Of a stretch of 64,000 nucleotides of DNA, positions 26,477-41,138 are shown piece by piece. The DNA is taken from positions 1,543,407 through 1,607,406 of the forward strand of contig NW_002060957.1 in the NCBI RefSeq assembly GCF_000150275.1. The letters are read 5' to 3'. Positions within the stretch are counted from its first letter, which is position 1, and the number at the start of each line of letters is the position of its first letter. A program made the position numbers and the translations under genes. The DNA is from Trichoplax adhaerens. Lineage: Eukaryota > Animalia > Placozoa. Below the pieces are notes generated by a model, which was not told the DNA's origin, did not search any database, and worked only from the letters and a program-made list of their open reading frames with translations.

Positions 26477-29400
26477 TCTACTAATTGTGCAAACATAAGT
26501 GGGTAAGATTACACTTTTATATGAGTAGAAAGAAAATAAAAGTTCGCGTATTTAGAAGCGGACATTGAATAAATACCGCTGACCTAAAATAATTATTGCA
26601 TATGATACTTTACCAAGCAGCATCTGCTATAAAATACTAATGTAAATGTACATGCGTACACTGTTGCTTATTACACTGTGCATTGTTTTCACACTGTTAA
26701 GAATCTTTTGAATCTGTTATGAGCATTTTCAGTTTAGAATTTCCATTCAAAGATAGCGTTGGTGTCTTTAAGACATAAATTATATCACTATCAAAATTAG
26801 AATTGTTACTGAAAGACTCCAGAATATTCGAGTATTCCATCTTTCATCGCTGCAATCCTTTAGCACATCGGATTGGTTAAATTAAAATAGTTGTGATTCT
26901 ATTTCCTAATAGAAAATATCTGTAAAGCATACTATCTAAATAGACTAGGCACTATTTAAAATATTCCAAGTTTAACCTGCAGTTTTTATGGTATGGCTAT
27001 AGCACCCCGTAAGATCTAATGTTTATGATATTTCAGACCAACCTTATTATCGAGTTATTATTAATTTTAATCTCTTAAACGATTTAGTGGAACTGATTCT
27101 CTAGGTCTTAATTGATCGTTAATTGATTTATATTAATTAAGGTTGTTTACTGTTAGATTCTGTAATATGTTATATTATAAATTTACCTCTCATTCTAATA
27201 CTAATATAAGTAAATTGTACAACCGGCACATTTTAACAATGCTCCATTAGTTTATGGCAAATGTATATAAGCCAGTGTAACATTTTAGTTGACTAATTAC
27301 TATCTCTTAGTCGTATACAAAGGTTTATACTTTTGTTTACACTTAGAATAAAGACTCAAAAGCTAAACAAACTTCTAGCCGCATATAGTGCTGTGTCACA
27401 GTAGTTAGTCTAATTCGCAGCATTAATTTATCTCCATAGTTAGTAGGAGCTCGTTAAGTAGCCAGTAAAATAGTTTAGTCGATTACAAAGACGACCTTGT
27501 GACAGTAACATTAAAATTAGATAAATCGTTTAGGAATGAATTGTCGAATTGAAGTGAAATAGCTGAGCCAAAATATTTTAACAGTAAGCATAGCCTCTGC
27601 TAAACGCAATCAATTTAGTTGACAAACTCATTCATTGAATTTTATTTAGAACTTACAATCTTACTAACGAAATAGAATTTGATCACCCCAAACTACTATT
27701 TTACCCCGGCGGCAGCTGAATTGCTTCCATTTAATAAAAGTAAATCATTACCAAAGTTGAAATAGATATCCACAGCGTTAAAAACTGTATTGCAAACGAA
27801 GCGAACTTAAATACTATTAATAGATTAACGGTAAATTGCAGCCTATTGATAAATTTAAGGTTGACTAGATTTCTTTTTAAACGCTGCTTTAATCTTAACC
27901 TTAACCCACGCGACTTCTTCCTAAGTCATCATATTATTCGATGGTAAGGTAGGCTAAAAAGTTCGAATTAGCTTCCAATATGATTAAAGAAGCTTTTATT
28001 TTCTTAGTTAATATTTGCTTGATTAATGATTGTTACGAAATCAATTACAAGATTACTGTCATGATAACATTCTCGCAGTGTCGTAAACTGCAATTAATCT
28101 TTTAGTTTTACAGCATCAGTAGCTCTAATGTTTTACATGAACTAATTATGTTGTCTTTTACGCGCAATACTTTAATTCAATCATCTTGGTTAGGCAGTTA
28201 TATAATAGAACAATAAAAAGTAAAAGTAGAAACAACAATAATGAATCCGTTATCTTAATTTAATTAATGATGTTTAAACAGTAACAACAAATTCTCCTTC
28301 CCTAGAAAAAGACTAAGAATTAATTCCCGTAAATCTAATTGGCTTTTACAGTCCTTTATGGAACATCAATAGAATAAAATAATCATTTTATCCAGAAGCA
28401 ATAAAGCCATACACGAAATTCGATTACTATTAAGAATCAACACTAAATCTCATTTCGCGAAAAGATGCTAGTAGTATCTATCATTGTACTGTATGTCTAC
28501 CTTAGATTATTTCTATTTCATAATAGAGCTACATTGGAAACAATTTTGTAAAAATTAATATTATACTACATCAGTAAAAATATTAGATTCCATTAATCGG
28601 TTACTAAATTTATTAAAATATAATATTGGCCATGATATTATACGTATACCTAATTTGCCAAAATCAGTTAGAAAAACTGAATATTTAATAAATCTAAAGT
28701 GAATCTCTACATTTACATGAACTTCGATATCGTAATACAGTTCAAATAATATATTTTACGTAACCATAATCTAGCAAATTGGTAAATAGCAAAGATAGCC
28801 AAATTCAATATTGTATATCAATATTAATTCAGAATTAATTCGGGCATAATTCTATCGATTGCCATAATGCTTTACTGTAACATTGCTATAAAATATCGAT
28901 GAAACATAAATAAAACGGAATTACTTAAGCAGTCTAATTCTAAAATTAAGATAAAACTAGCATAAATATCTGTAGAATCAATTTAGCGCATAAATATTTG
29001 CTTTCATTAATCAAAATGTTAATCCTGATAATAATGAAGTAGTTTCAAATTGCGAAAAAATGAAGGATAAATGGCGAATGGATATGCGCTTTCGAAGATT
29101 CGATATAAATGTAAAGCGTCATAAAATGCCCGATCGAGCCTTAATGAAATAATTTCGCATAGGTTTTCCTCCAGCTAGATAATAGAACCTAATTGGTCTA
29201 ATTACCATTCTTATATAATCAGTAACCCATTGTCTTGTCTTTTGTATTGATGGATCGCTTATGTCCATTTATCTATAACCGTTAATTCTGCAGGTGTTTC
29301 AATTCCTCTAATTTTCTCTGTCGTAGATTGGAATATTAATCAATTTAATGGAATGAACTGTTAACACAACTAGAAAGACCAAATACTGATGGTTAAAAGC

Positions 29401-32400
29401 AAGCTAGTTGAATTCATAATGCTAATTTAATCGTAAATTTTAGCAATCATTTAATTCTATACAGTATCAAAATGATTGTAGTCTATTCAATACATTATCA
29501 TTAGCTATTCATCTTTATTCTATTCAAGCTTGTAATTTTCTCCTCATTACCCCACCTTCATCCTTCATATGAAATGTAAAAAATGCCGGAAAGACGGAAA
29601 TGAATCAAGACACAGTTGCGATACTATAACTTATCATATTATGATATATAGAAGAGGATCAAAATAGTTTTCCCGATTTGAAATATTGATATTTGCTGGA
29701 AAAAACAATACTTCTGTGTCCCAAATCGGTACGATTTATTACAATTGTTGTTGAATTCACCTTATTAAATTAGCTGTGTTTTATTAATTTCTAGTAAAAA
29801 AAATCGAAGATGACAAAAGTACTATTTGTTATCAAATAATGATAACTTTTAATACTATCTAAGTCATCAAAACCTGTATCTGGTAGTTGTCATGTGTACT
29901 TCCATTATATTTAACCCTTCGGAAAGGAAAACATTTAATTAATACGCTTGTTAAGTATTGCAACTTTCCTGCAATTATTTTGCAATCCTTATTCTCTGAT
30001 CAAAGTACTGTAAGCTCCTTGTAGAATTAGACGAATCTGATTCTAAATCGTTATAAATTTACTGGCATCTATTAACTAATATTTTACGCCCTAATCCTTA
30101 AATCTAGTAAAACTTGATTATATTTATAGTAGTGAAGATCTTAGGAATATCGCATATAATGTAATCGTTAACACACTGCAGTAACATTACCTGTAAATTT
30201 TAGTTATAGAACTTCACCAATATTTTTATAATTATCTTCCTCCTTATAGCAATTAGAAATCAGCACACAATCTTATTCAATTAATTTATAACTAGCGTCA
30301 ATCAAAATGATTATTTTATGATTATTTCGCAATTCATTGATCAGTTCCAATGATTATATGCAGCAAATATGACTATTATAGAATTGGATGTAATATGCTT
30401 CATACCATCGTAGCACTTACCGGTGCCTAATGGCTAAAACTTCTTAATTGCAATGGATATGTCGTTAATATCAGTTACAGTATTCGGATTTAAAAGATAA
30501 TTATTTCTTATTTCATATTTTACACCGGCAAGAATTGAAGAAAATCGTACGCCTAATAAATCCAAGGGGCATTTCAATTGCCATCAAAGCTTAGCCAAGA
30601 ACACAATCTTTGTTCATATAAGCTTCCCTTCATTGCAATTTTAAATTATTACTGTTAATTGTCCAAAAATTTATGGAGTCAATTATATAAATATAGGCAT
30701 TTATCGGCAAAATTTTAATAAAAACAACTCAGGTTTCGTAAATAAAGGCTACACTAAAAGGCTTACTTTAATGAATTGCAACGGATTTTATTTTGATTGC
30801 ATGTTATTTCACATAATACTCATAAATCAATAACGTTCAACACATCATCAAATTTTTCATCTTCTCGTATAGTCATTATTTGGTCAGCTTATAGAGCCTT
30901 GCTAGATATAAATAGCTATTCCAGTAAATCTCATTTCTGTTATCAAATTTCTTATGAAGTATTCGTCAAATTACGGATATTCATCCTTACTTCTTAGCAA
31001 AATAGCGATGTCAGTAAACTTATCAATCTTCTCCATACTCATATATAAGGCCAATAGAAATAATGGTGAGAAAATCTATGGTCATACTGCGATATTACCT
31101 CTGAAATCTTTAGTCTTAAAGCTACACCTCTGCAGAGATGAATATAGAGAATCTAAATTGCAGAAATCATAGGTGACTTAAAAACAATTTATAAAAAAAT
31201 CAAGATTTAACATTTGTGTTGACCAATTTACGTCAACTCTTTTGATTTTTTTTACCTTGAGTTTTAGTACTACACTAACGGACTAGTCTGCTACCTAGTT
31301 ATCTCATCTTGCTTATAAGAATATTATTAATGCTATATCAAACCTATTGATGCTATTTCATAACAAATCAGTAAGCTGATTTAGCTCATGTCCTTCTTAG
31401 GATGTGTTGATATTAAATCTAATATAGCTAACCCAGAATAATGATTGTTAACATACAAGTTAACAATCCAAATTTTATTTTTCTCTTTCAAATATGCCTA
31501 AGTAACACATTTTTTGCAATTTTATTACAAATTTGAAATATTTAGATTTACAATCCAGTGATAATTAAATGCTTTCTTTAGCATACTCATGTAGTGACAA
31601 TTTATCACCGATGGCTGTGATACTTATAAACGATTGCTTACATTGTCTTTTTTTAAGAACTGATATTTTTCTATCGTAGTTACAATTTTTCCATGTCACA
31701 GAACAAACAGAACAATATAAAGAACGGAAAGTGAAATCGATTTGTTATCATGCAAATAATTATGTATCTCCCTTATGCACGTAATTATCAATTTTCATTG
31801 AAACCATTGAATTGGAATTCACCATGTTTAGAACTATATTAGGATATTACATTCGAACTCAAATGGATTAGATGGAAATTGCTTTCCGCATTTCTGCATA
31901 ATTTCGTTAATAAAATGATTTTGCATCAGTAAAATTATAAGAATTTTTAATCTTCACTTAATATGAAATCACTTATTTCACTAAAGTACTTTTTTATCAA
32001 TTCGAAACTTTCCGTTAACACTAATCTGTTTTCATTGATTTTGAGTTTGATTGCAGTATCACAGTACATAGCTCCTTAGAGTTTTATTTTAATCTATTTT
32101 ACGTTATAAAGAAATTAGAACTTCTTTATATAAATTCTGCAAAATTTGTCCAACTCTGTGGCCGTAAATCATTCCTATATTAAATGGTAGCAACAATTAC
32201 AGTTTCTTAATCAATCATGATATACTGCATATTGTTTCCTTTATCATTTTTGTTATAATTTCAAATCAAAACAAATTTTATTAGGGCTACTTCATCCTTT
32301 ATTATAATAAAATAACCCAACGATAAAAATGTTTATTAATTCCACGTTGAAATATATTGTTGATCTATATTATATGCTATAAGATAACTAACTACCTAAT

Positions 32401-35400
32401 TTTACGGTTATTTTGAGCTATTATTGGTGTAATAACGCTTTAAAAACATTTATTACGCTATTTGGAAACTGGTAAATTATTCTAAGGCCATATTTTAACA
32501 GCATGTGCAAAATAACTAAAATAAACCAATTCAAACAATTCTGTTTTTGAGCTGAATTTGTACTGAATTATAACTATTACTATTGCTAGGTTTATTTTAA
32601 TTGAAGCCGTTGTCATGTACTTGATTAGTGATATATACATGGTTATTCTATAGCAGTTAGTAGCTGGTAATGAACGTAATGATTAATATGGAATTATGAA
32701 TACTATTACATGTACTACTGGTACCTTAACTTAACACCATGCATTGCAGTTATTGCAAAAATCTCTGCCAACTGAAAATAAGGACTCTTTTCTACTCTTT
32801 GCAGAATAGATTTATTTTATATAACAATGCCATAAAATGAAAGTTCTATTTTTAGTCGATGCAAAATTTTTTCTACCTCTAGTTATTTGAAGCAGCTGGC
32901 ATTTTGATAAGAATAGCTAGTAGCAAATTCTGCGAATAGAGTTTATTCAATCAATCATCATGGTCAAGTTAAGCCGGCCAAGGCGAATATATACTATAAT
33001 GTTGACCGTATTCATGAAGACTTCACCTAGTTGCAGTGAACAAGTGCAGTAAGTGTAAGAATTAATGAGGGTGGAGAGAAGGACGGCAACAATAGCTTCT
33101 GGCGAATACAATTCTCTAAGCAAAATGAAGAATAAAGTTCTACTGCAATCACTAAAAAAAATCAATGCTGGTTTAGCAGATTTTGTCAAATACTAAATTC
33201 AATATACAGCAAAAAAATTAACATTAATACATACGATGCAAGCTTTTAGACTGTTTCCTATAACTCTCTTCACATTCTACCAACAGCCGCTTCCATCCAA
33301 ATTAGATCAAGGTTTGGCTTTGTTCTTAAGTATTTAATAATTTGTTAATTGTTCTTTTAATACAAAGAAATAGCTGTCAGTCACAATCTTATTAACGATT
33401 GCATTTAGGTAAAACTTGAACAAACCAAATCTGTAATTGCTATATTCTTACGAAATTCCATTATTTAGTATTATTTCAGCATGATGGGCTGCTTTTAATA
33501 ATGTTTAGACTATTAAAATGATAGTATTTTAGCTTCGATTAAAGCAGCTGTAAGATGAAGACATTTGAAAGCTTTTCGTCAATCTGTCAATATTTATTGT
33601 CCATGCTAATAAAGCTTTCGTTTCCGCTATTGTGAATTCAACTAGTCAATTCCAGACGATTGTATTTAGCTGTGCTTGATCATCTAGTATAAGTGTATAA
33701 TTCTTCAATTGTGTTGATCCACTTGAGCCAGATTTGATAATTTATTCAATTACTACTTCAGAAATGTTAATTAATCTTCAATGATAATTGACTTGAATTA
33801 ATGTAAACATCAATCGACAAATAGAACAGTCAATATGACTATTTTCTATCTAATTTAAATCCGAACATTTTCTTTCAGGATGCTTTATTTTAAATAAGTT
33901 CAACCATATCATTACATGAAAGAAGCATACCTTGGCTGTACTACTAAAATTTTGTAACGACTACGAAGCATAACGTAGATAAAAATACTAAACAAAATAT
34001 TACTGACAAGGTAGTTTGTTGTTTTTTCTAGTTCATATTATTGATTATCTAATTATATCAATGAAACTTTAAAAATAGAATTAAATTGAAATTCTAAACT
34101 GATTTGCTATTTAGATTTTCAAATCTATGAGAATACAATTACTCTGTCTCATATTTTTCTTACAGGTAATGTTTTACCTATCCATCTTGACAAACATCGT
34201 ATTCATACCTAGAACTTGTAACTTATTAGGTATCAGTATATAGACAATAGCAATGGCAACAATGACGTAATACTTCAATTCAATGGATTTAAATCCTAGT
34301 GAATCGCCATAGTTTAATACAGTAACCAAATCTGTTTAAAGAAAGTATCATTTATTTGGCAACGGTAGTACAGTCTCATAAATGGCTTTGAATAGAGTAA
34401 TTTGGTCATGGAAGTAATAAGCAATAATTATTACTTCACGTAGATAGTTATAATTGAAAAATTTTGCTCATGACTTGTTCCATTTTATATCAACACCCCA
34501 AAATATTAAAATCAAGGCCTACGATAACAGCTATACGATTGTGACCGTTACCCCACAAGGAAAATTTATGCCGCATTTTCAAAGTTAGAAAGAAGGGCTT
34601 TTTAAAATCTGTTTCTAATTACTGATGACCAGTCAACTTGATTGTTATTGACAAGATAGAGCATCAATCAACAAGAATTGATCGGTTATTATTTAATACG
34701 AAACATAACCAATTGGACGTGAAAGTGAAATGGTTGAAAATTTAGCAATATAACTCAGGATAACATAAATCTTTCAGCACATGGAATAATTCATCCATAA
34801 CTAACATGTGTGCTATTATACCTAGTTTGCTAGACTATTAAAGTGGATATTGTTACCTTAATTGTTATTGTTATTGCCAATCTTATCAAACAATTGTTGA
34901 GCTATTGAATTGGTGATTCTTTTATTATCTAATGACTTCTATTGTTTTTAGCTTAGCTAGTAAAAGAGACATCGCTGGAAATACTAATGAAATAAGGCCT
35001 TAATTGAATGCTTGAATGAGTTAATTACAGTAACTGCATCGGCTATTTGTCATAATAACACCTGACAATTTCTGTTTCTGTCATGGAATAAAGTAGAGAA
35101 AGAGAGGCACATGTCTAAATTAATAAGAGACTATCAATAGCAAGTAGGAATCGATCCAATCCAAAGAGATTTACAATAGCCAAATGGTAGCGGAGAATTA
35201 TTCATGTTTCACAAAATAATAGTTGTCAATACAATTGAACATGCTATTGACTTGAATGAGACAAAAAATTTCAATCGTAAATACAAGTGTTATTATAACG
35301 TTGAGGGTAAGCAACATGTATCGATTGCTATTGAAATTTATTGCGATGCCATTGAATTGTTGTTGGATTGATATTTGATGGTAGAAGACAGTATATTATT

Positions 35401-35505
35401 AGAGTCCACTTGAAATATTGTCATAATTGTTGTTTAACTTTGGCAGAACAACCATCAAAAATTAGAAGACTTGGGACTTTTACTAGATTTTTATTAAAGT
35501 AAGTG

Positions 35506-38500
35506 ATGTTGAACGGAAACAGTAGATCAACTAATAAAGAATTTACGAATGGTAAGCCGTGTTTTATATTATTTTAGTTATATTAAATCAGAGTAACAAG
35601 ATTGATTACAAAATTAATGACATCAAATTGAGTTCAATCAAGGTTCAATTTGATTTGAGCAATATCAACTAGCTGAAAACGATCATTCAAGCATCAGTGA
35701 TACTATTTGTTCAGTGATTATTATTTTAAATCTTTATCAAACGATTGATTGTGCCATCGTTTTGTTCACATCATCAGCAAGCAAATATGATTAATATTTC
35801 ATGAATTAGATATGTAAAGTTTCCATGATGAATCTAAATTAACAGACATCATCAAATAGTAATGGATCGTTTTATTTAATTAGGATAGTAATTACCAACT
35901 AATATGGATATTATTTATATCATTAGGTCGATCTTGCGTTGTTAATAGCCAAGAAGTGGAAGACATGAAAACTAATAATACTAGCGACTTAAATTCTCAA
36001 CAGAATGACCTGGGTAGCAGTCCTAGCATCGGCAATGGAAACGATGACGAAAAATGTAATAAGCCTAAGCGACATCGTACACGTTTTACACCTGGGCAAT
36101 TAAGCGAATTAGAAAGATGTTTCAGCAAAACTCATTATCCTGACATTTTTATGCGCGAAGAATTAGCTCTAAGAATCGGATTATCGGAATCACGAGTTCA
36201 GGTAAGGAGGATCTGCCTGTGATTATATAATTAATATAGCTTATGAATTGCTTTAGCTAGATTCTGGGTGTGCAAAGTTTTAAACTAAACTATCAACATT
36301 CAAACTTAGCTACATTAATGAGGCTACGTTTATTTTCTGCCGCTTTAAGGTTCATTGATTGAATAGAAATTAATCTTTACCGTCTCAAGATAGTATAAGT
36401 GAAACTCCATGTCTTTACATTATACAACAATATGCCATATTTTGGGTAGAAGTAATTTTAAATACTGCCGAAATATCGATCTAATCTATGAACTACGGTA
36501 CTTAAAAATGAAATCAATTTCTTTTTCTAATAGTTTTTCTCTGAACTCACTTATAAATATGCCCGTAATGTTCGTTGAATCCTGCATAATATTCTAATCC
36601 GCTACATTAATTAAGTAAAGCAATGACAACTTCCTAACCTTGATCGATGATTGCCAATACTAACTGATGACGCATGTTAGGCTATTAAGAGGATATTTAC
36701 TTCACTTTGGTACTGAAAAATGAGAAATGATGCGAGTGGAACAGTTGGCGTAAGCCTGAGTACATTATTATTAACAATCTCCGCCTAAGATTATTGTTTA
36801 TAGGTGAACATTAAACAGGTTCTGGTTTTAAGTTCATTAAAGATATATTATGTCAACGCGAATTGTGCACTACTACGGTACTCTTCTGAAAGAACTGCGT
36901 CGAAATTCATAGATTCTATATCATATGAATACAAACTCAGACTTTTTTCCTTATCTCTAAACAGTATTAGATTTTAACCAGTTATTACGTTTAGTTAGCT
37001 GATCATTTACTAATAAATTGTTTTTACGAAAAAAGATATTCTTAAAAAAATCTCTACTGACTGTACTTGAAGAGTTTTCTTGAATTAGTAAATTGGTATC
37101 ACGATTATTGAACGACTTAAACTACCTTTAACTTTACAATTGAGAAATAAACTACTATAAAATTTATTCAATGCAAAAATCCACGTTTTTATAAGACAAC
37201 CCTCAACTATAAAGATGTTATTATTCCAATCCCTGTTGAATACTAAAATGGCAGACTTGAATATTATTAAAATGAATTTGCTTTTCCAATAATCAATCTT
37301 CTTTGTTAGCTTGTTAAGGGTCAATATTTGCCCTGATAACTTATTAGATGAGTCATTACCTAGGAATTAGATAGAGAATATTTAATAACAGCCTATAATA
37401 TTCCTTCTTATCACGTTTATTTAGCTGCATAAATATAATGATTATTCTCGATCACTTTATATGTACTACCAGCATTCCCAATTTCAGAAACCCTGTATCT
37501 ATATATTTTTTATTTGTTACGGATACTGTAAGGTCCTTATGTTCTGAGATAAATTTTTTTACAGGAATACTTCGCTATAATTTATAGAGAACTATTATTA
37601 AGAAACTTTACCGCTGAGCAATCTGTGGGGTTGTTTATCATTAATAACGCTAGGAGCAGTTGTTAATATCTAATATCGATATGGAAATTATTTTTTGCAA
37701 TTTTCAGCATAAACATCATTAGAAACAGCTCTACTTTCCAATAGTCTATAACAAAAAATGCAAGAATGAAGATGCCTGTCAGTAATATTATCATGGCATC
37801 TAATCTTTCTTTTGTCCGATCAATGATCCATAAATCTAGGTCTAGTAGATATGATGTCTCTGCCGTATTGATTGATATTAGTTAATTTTAGTTTTACTTC
37901 TTATTTCAGTTATACAAGTATACCGGTTTATAAATCTTCTTGTAGATATATAATATCAGCTACCAATTTTTTTCCCCTACTAAGGATTAATTCCATTGAA
38001 AATTTGATCGATCATCATTTGTACTTTCGATTTCATGCTATTTGCAATTTTTTAATTCATATATTAATTTTATTCTATCTATGAGTTCAATTTCATCTAA
38101 AGTGTTTTGGCCTCCGGCTTCAACGATTCTGTTATTAAAAGAATTCTAGCATTACTTCGTCCAGTTTTTCTACATAGCTATCCTTTGTTATTTAGTTTTG
38201 TATCTATATGCTATAGTCACGAATACGTTTTCTTTGTTTTTAATAATATAATTAATGCTTTTCATAAATCTCCAATCGATGTTGAGAATTGCATTATTGC
38301 ATCAAATAATAGCAAAATAGCAGAAAGCTTTTCTACGCCATACCTGGTTGCTGTATTCTCCTGAAACGCTGTATTATTCGGCAACAATTTATCTGTTTCT
38401 CGGCCAATGAATTTTTTTTACATTTATCCATGATGTAATGAATTGATTATATAACAATGTGCAAAAGTTGGGAAAGGCACCCCAAAAAGTAGACATCAAT

Positions 38501-41138
38501 AGATTGTTATAGTCCATTAAAGCTATGCATTGCGACTGTTACAGTAACATTACATGAGACCTGCAAATTTTTCTGCCAAAACATACAACGCTTTTCCTCT
38601 TCACATAAATTATTTTTGTTGCCAACTAATCATAAATCTTAGATTTAAATTCAGTATTCGCCATAGTTAATAAATAGAGAAATCATACTTTTTGAAAATA
38701 AGGCAGGCTACTCTCTTTATTGAATACTCACCGAGAATTCGATCCTTTTCTACGTTACGAAACTGTCTGTCTACTGCTGAAATAAATTTAAGCATAGTTG
38801 GACTTGCATATTATTAGTACTTATATTACGAATATCACTACAGTAAGCAAATGATGAGAAATACCGGGGATAAGCTAGAATCGATGCTTTCTTTCGACAG
38901 TAAAAATTGTTAATTTCTAGTTCAATCGTCATTAGTAAAGCGATCACATCATAAATCAGTGAAATCGAGATTTTAAAGAACCTGCACCGTTAAGGCTTAT
39001 CGATTATTTGCAATGTAACAGTTGTATATTTTTATTGAAATTGTTTTAGCTTTCATGCTTTCGCTATTTCTCATGTACTCATGCTGTAGGGGCTCACGAA
39101 ATTGTTTAGTACGTTATCATGCAATGATAAAAACGAGATTGAAAATATTAGATCATGACAATAGTCCCTTCCCATTATGCCGTATATCCTAATCCTATCT
39201 GAATTGTTAAATTATTCTAAATTAAAACCAGTGCCTTTTGTCCTTAATAAAATATTCTATCTGGCTACTGCTTGCGTATATTGCTACAGTATTAACTAGT
39301 GCAATAATAGTAGCATAATGTCAAAGCCGTTATTCGCCAACACTCGCCCACTATTGATTTCACCCATATGTAGTTGAAAACAACTATAATCGGCTGCATT
39401 GCTCATAGTCAAGGTAAATGCATCTAGAAAATGTTGTTCTATCTGCATATTGTTACATAATGTTATTACGGATCTTTACTATCAGCTTTTATTTTCTAAC
39501 GGACTTCACAAATGCTACATGGTTGACATTTTTCGGAATAAGCAAGTTAATAAAGTGATCATCCATTGCCATTTTAGCTGAAAATTAAAGAGGAAATAGA
39601 TACAGTCTTTCTGATTACCTATCTCTCTTAAACAATACAGTAATGTAAATGGACTGAAGTAAAATTTAAAAGTATTAAATCTCTAACAGAGAATACTAAC
39701 AATTGTTGGGTCTAGCTGAAGAATAGATGATATTGAATTGAGATACTTCTGATTGCTCCCTAACAGAGATATTTGTACCCACGAAAATTAATTTCAGTAA
39801 TGATTATTTTCATAGGTATAAAATAGAGAAATCATGGAGCGTACTAATTTTAATGTAAGATATTTACTACCAAGCCTAAGTATTATCAATAAATTTCGTT
39901 CGAAATAGTATTATGCGCACTACGCGTACAACTTGCAGTGCGCTATTAAACAATAATAGTTATAACCCTAACCAAATTCTGTCTAGCTATAACGAAGCAA
40001 TTTTAGGAGTTTTTATACGTACTTTACAGCAATTGCACAATAAACTTTATCAAGTCAAAGACATATGTTTCCCCCACAACGAATAAAGCAACTCAATTCT
40101 TATTTATATTATACAACTATATTTAATGACATATTTTCATGGATAGGCTAAGCTGATTCTATACCCGCATTTGCGACAGTTCTTAAAACTGTAATACTGT
40201 TAATATATACGTAATCGTGATTTTTTGGTTAGCATAGTTACATTCTAACAATAAAATATCCAAATTTGACATCGAGAAACTAGCAACCTCTGAAGAAAAT
40301 AATTTTAATTTACCATAAATTCTCAATTTTGAAAACACCAACGTACTAGTTACTAGTTATTAAAAAGAAATATTATTGGCACGCTTTACGATATAATTTC
40401 AAGAGAGTTTAAATATGCATTCATAACCGAATAATACATAAAACTCTTTTTAAGAGAGAAGTAAATGCAATTGCTGCAATTAAGACTTATCAATAAATCT
40501 AATATAAAGAGAGAATACTGATAAAGATAAATAATTATAATTTAAAATGGCAGGTATGGTTTCAAAATAGACGCGCAAAATACAAAAAAAAGAAGAAAAT
40601 TGGCTCGAATGGTAACTTGTTTGCCTGTGGGTCAACATTGCCATCAGGCCAGCCCAGTATTAATAGTCATAATTCTGTTATGGGCGAAGGTCTAAGCTAC
40701 GGAAATTATCATTCAGAAGAGCCTTGGCCAACATTAAACTCGACCGTAATGACAACATCGCCATCACAACCTGTTTCGTCCTTGCAAGTGCCTAGTAACC
40801 ATCTATCTCAACATCCAAACCAACATCAGCAATCCATACTACAATCTACCGGTGGACGAAACTATCAACAAAATCTCCATCATCATCAAAATTATTCCAA
40901 TCAAAATAATTCTAACGTCAATGGAGCACCTAGCATGTTCACATCACAGCCTTCCACTTTCCAAAACGCGCAATATGTCAATCCTAGATTGGCTGCTGCT
41001 ACTCACCAAGGCGTTTCCTTAACTTCGATGCAACCAATTAATCAATCAGTGGCAGTTAATGACTCATGGCAAGGATCTAGCTTAGCAAATTTACGTCAAA
41101 AAGCTTTAGAGCACAAAGCCACCATTAACTATATGTAA
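35506..41138 (+). CDS. otp: Orthopedia, PRD-class Q50 homeobox protein with C-terminal OAR motif
   Basis: Exons 35506-35551 (predicted start), 35927-36201 and 40554-41138 are in phase. Homeodomain [46 protein letters not shown]|[12 protein letters not shown] carries Otp-diagnostic [15 protein letters not shown] and ESRVQ. OAR motif [16 protein letters not shown]. Confidence 0.95.
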
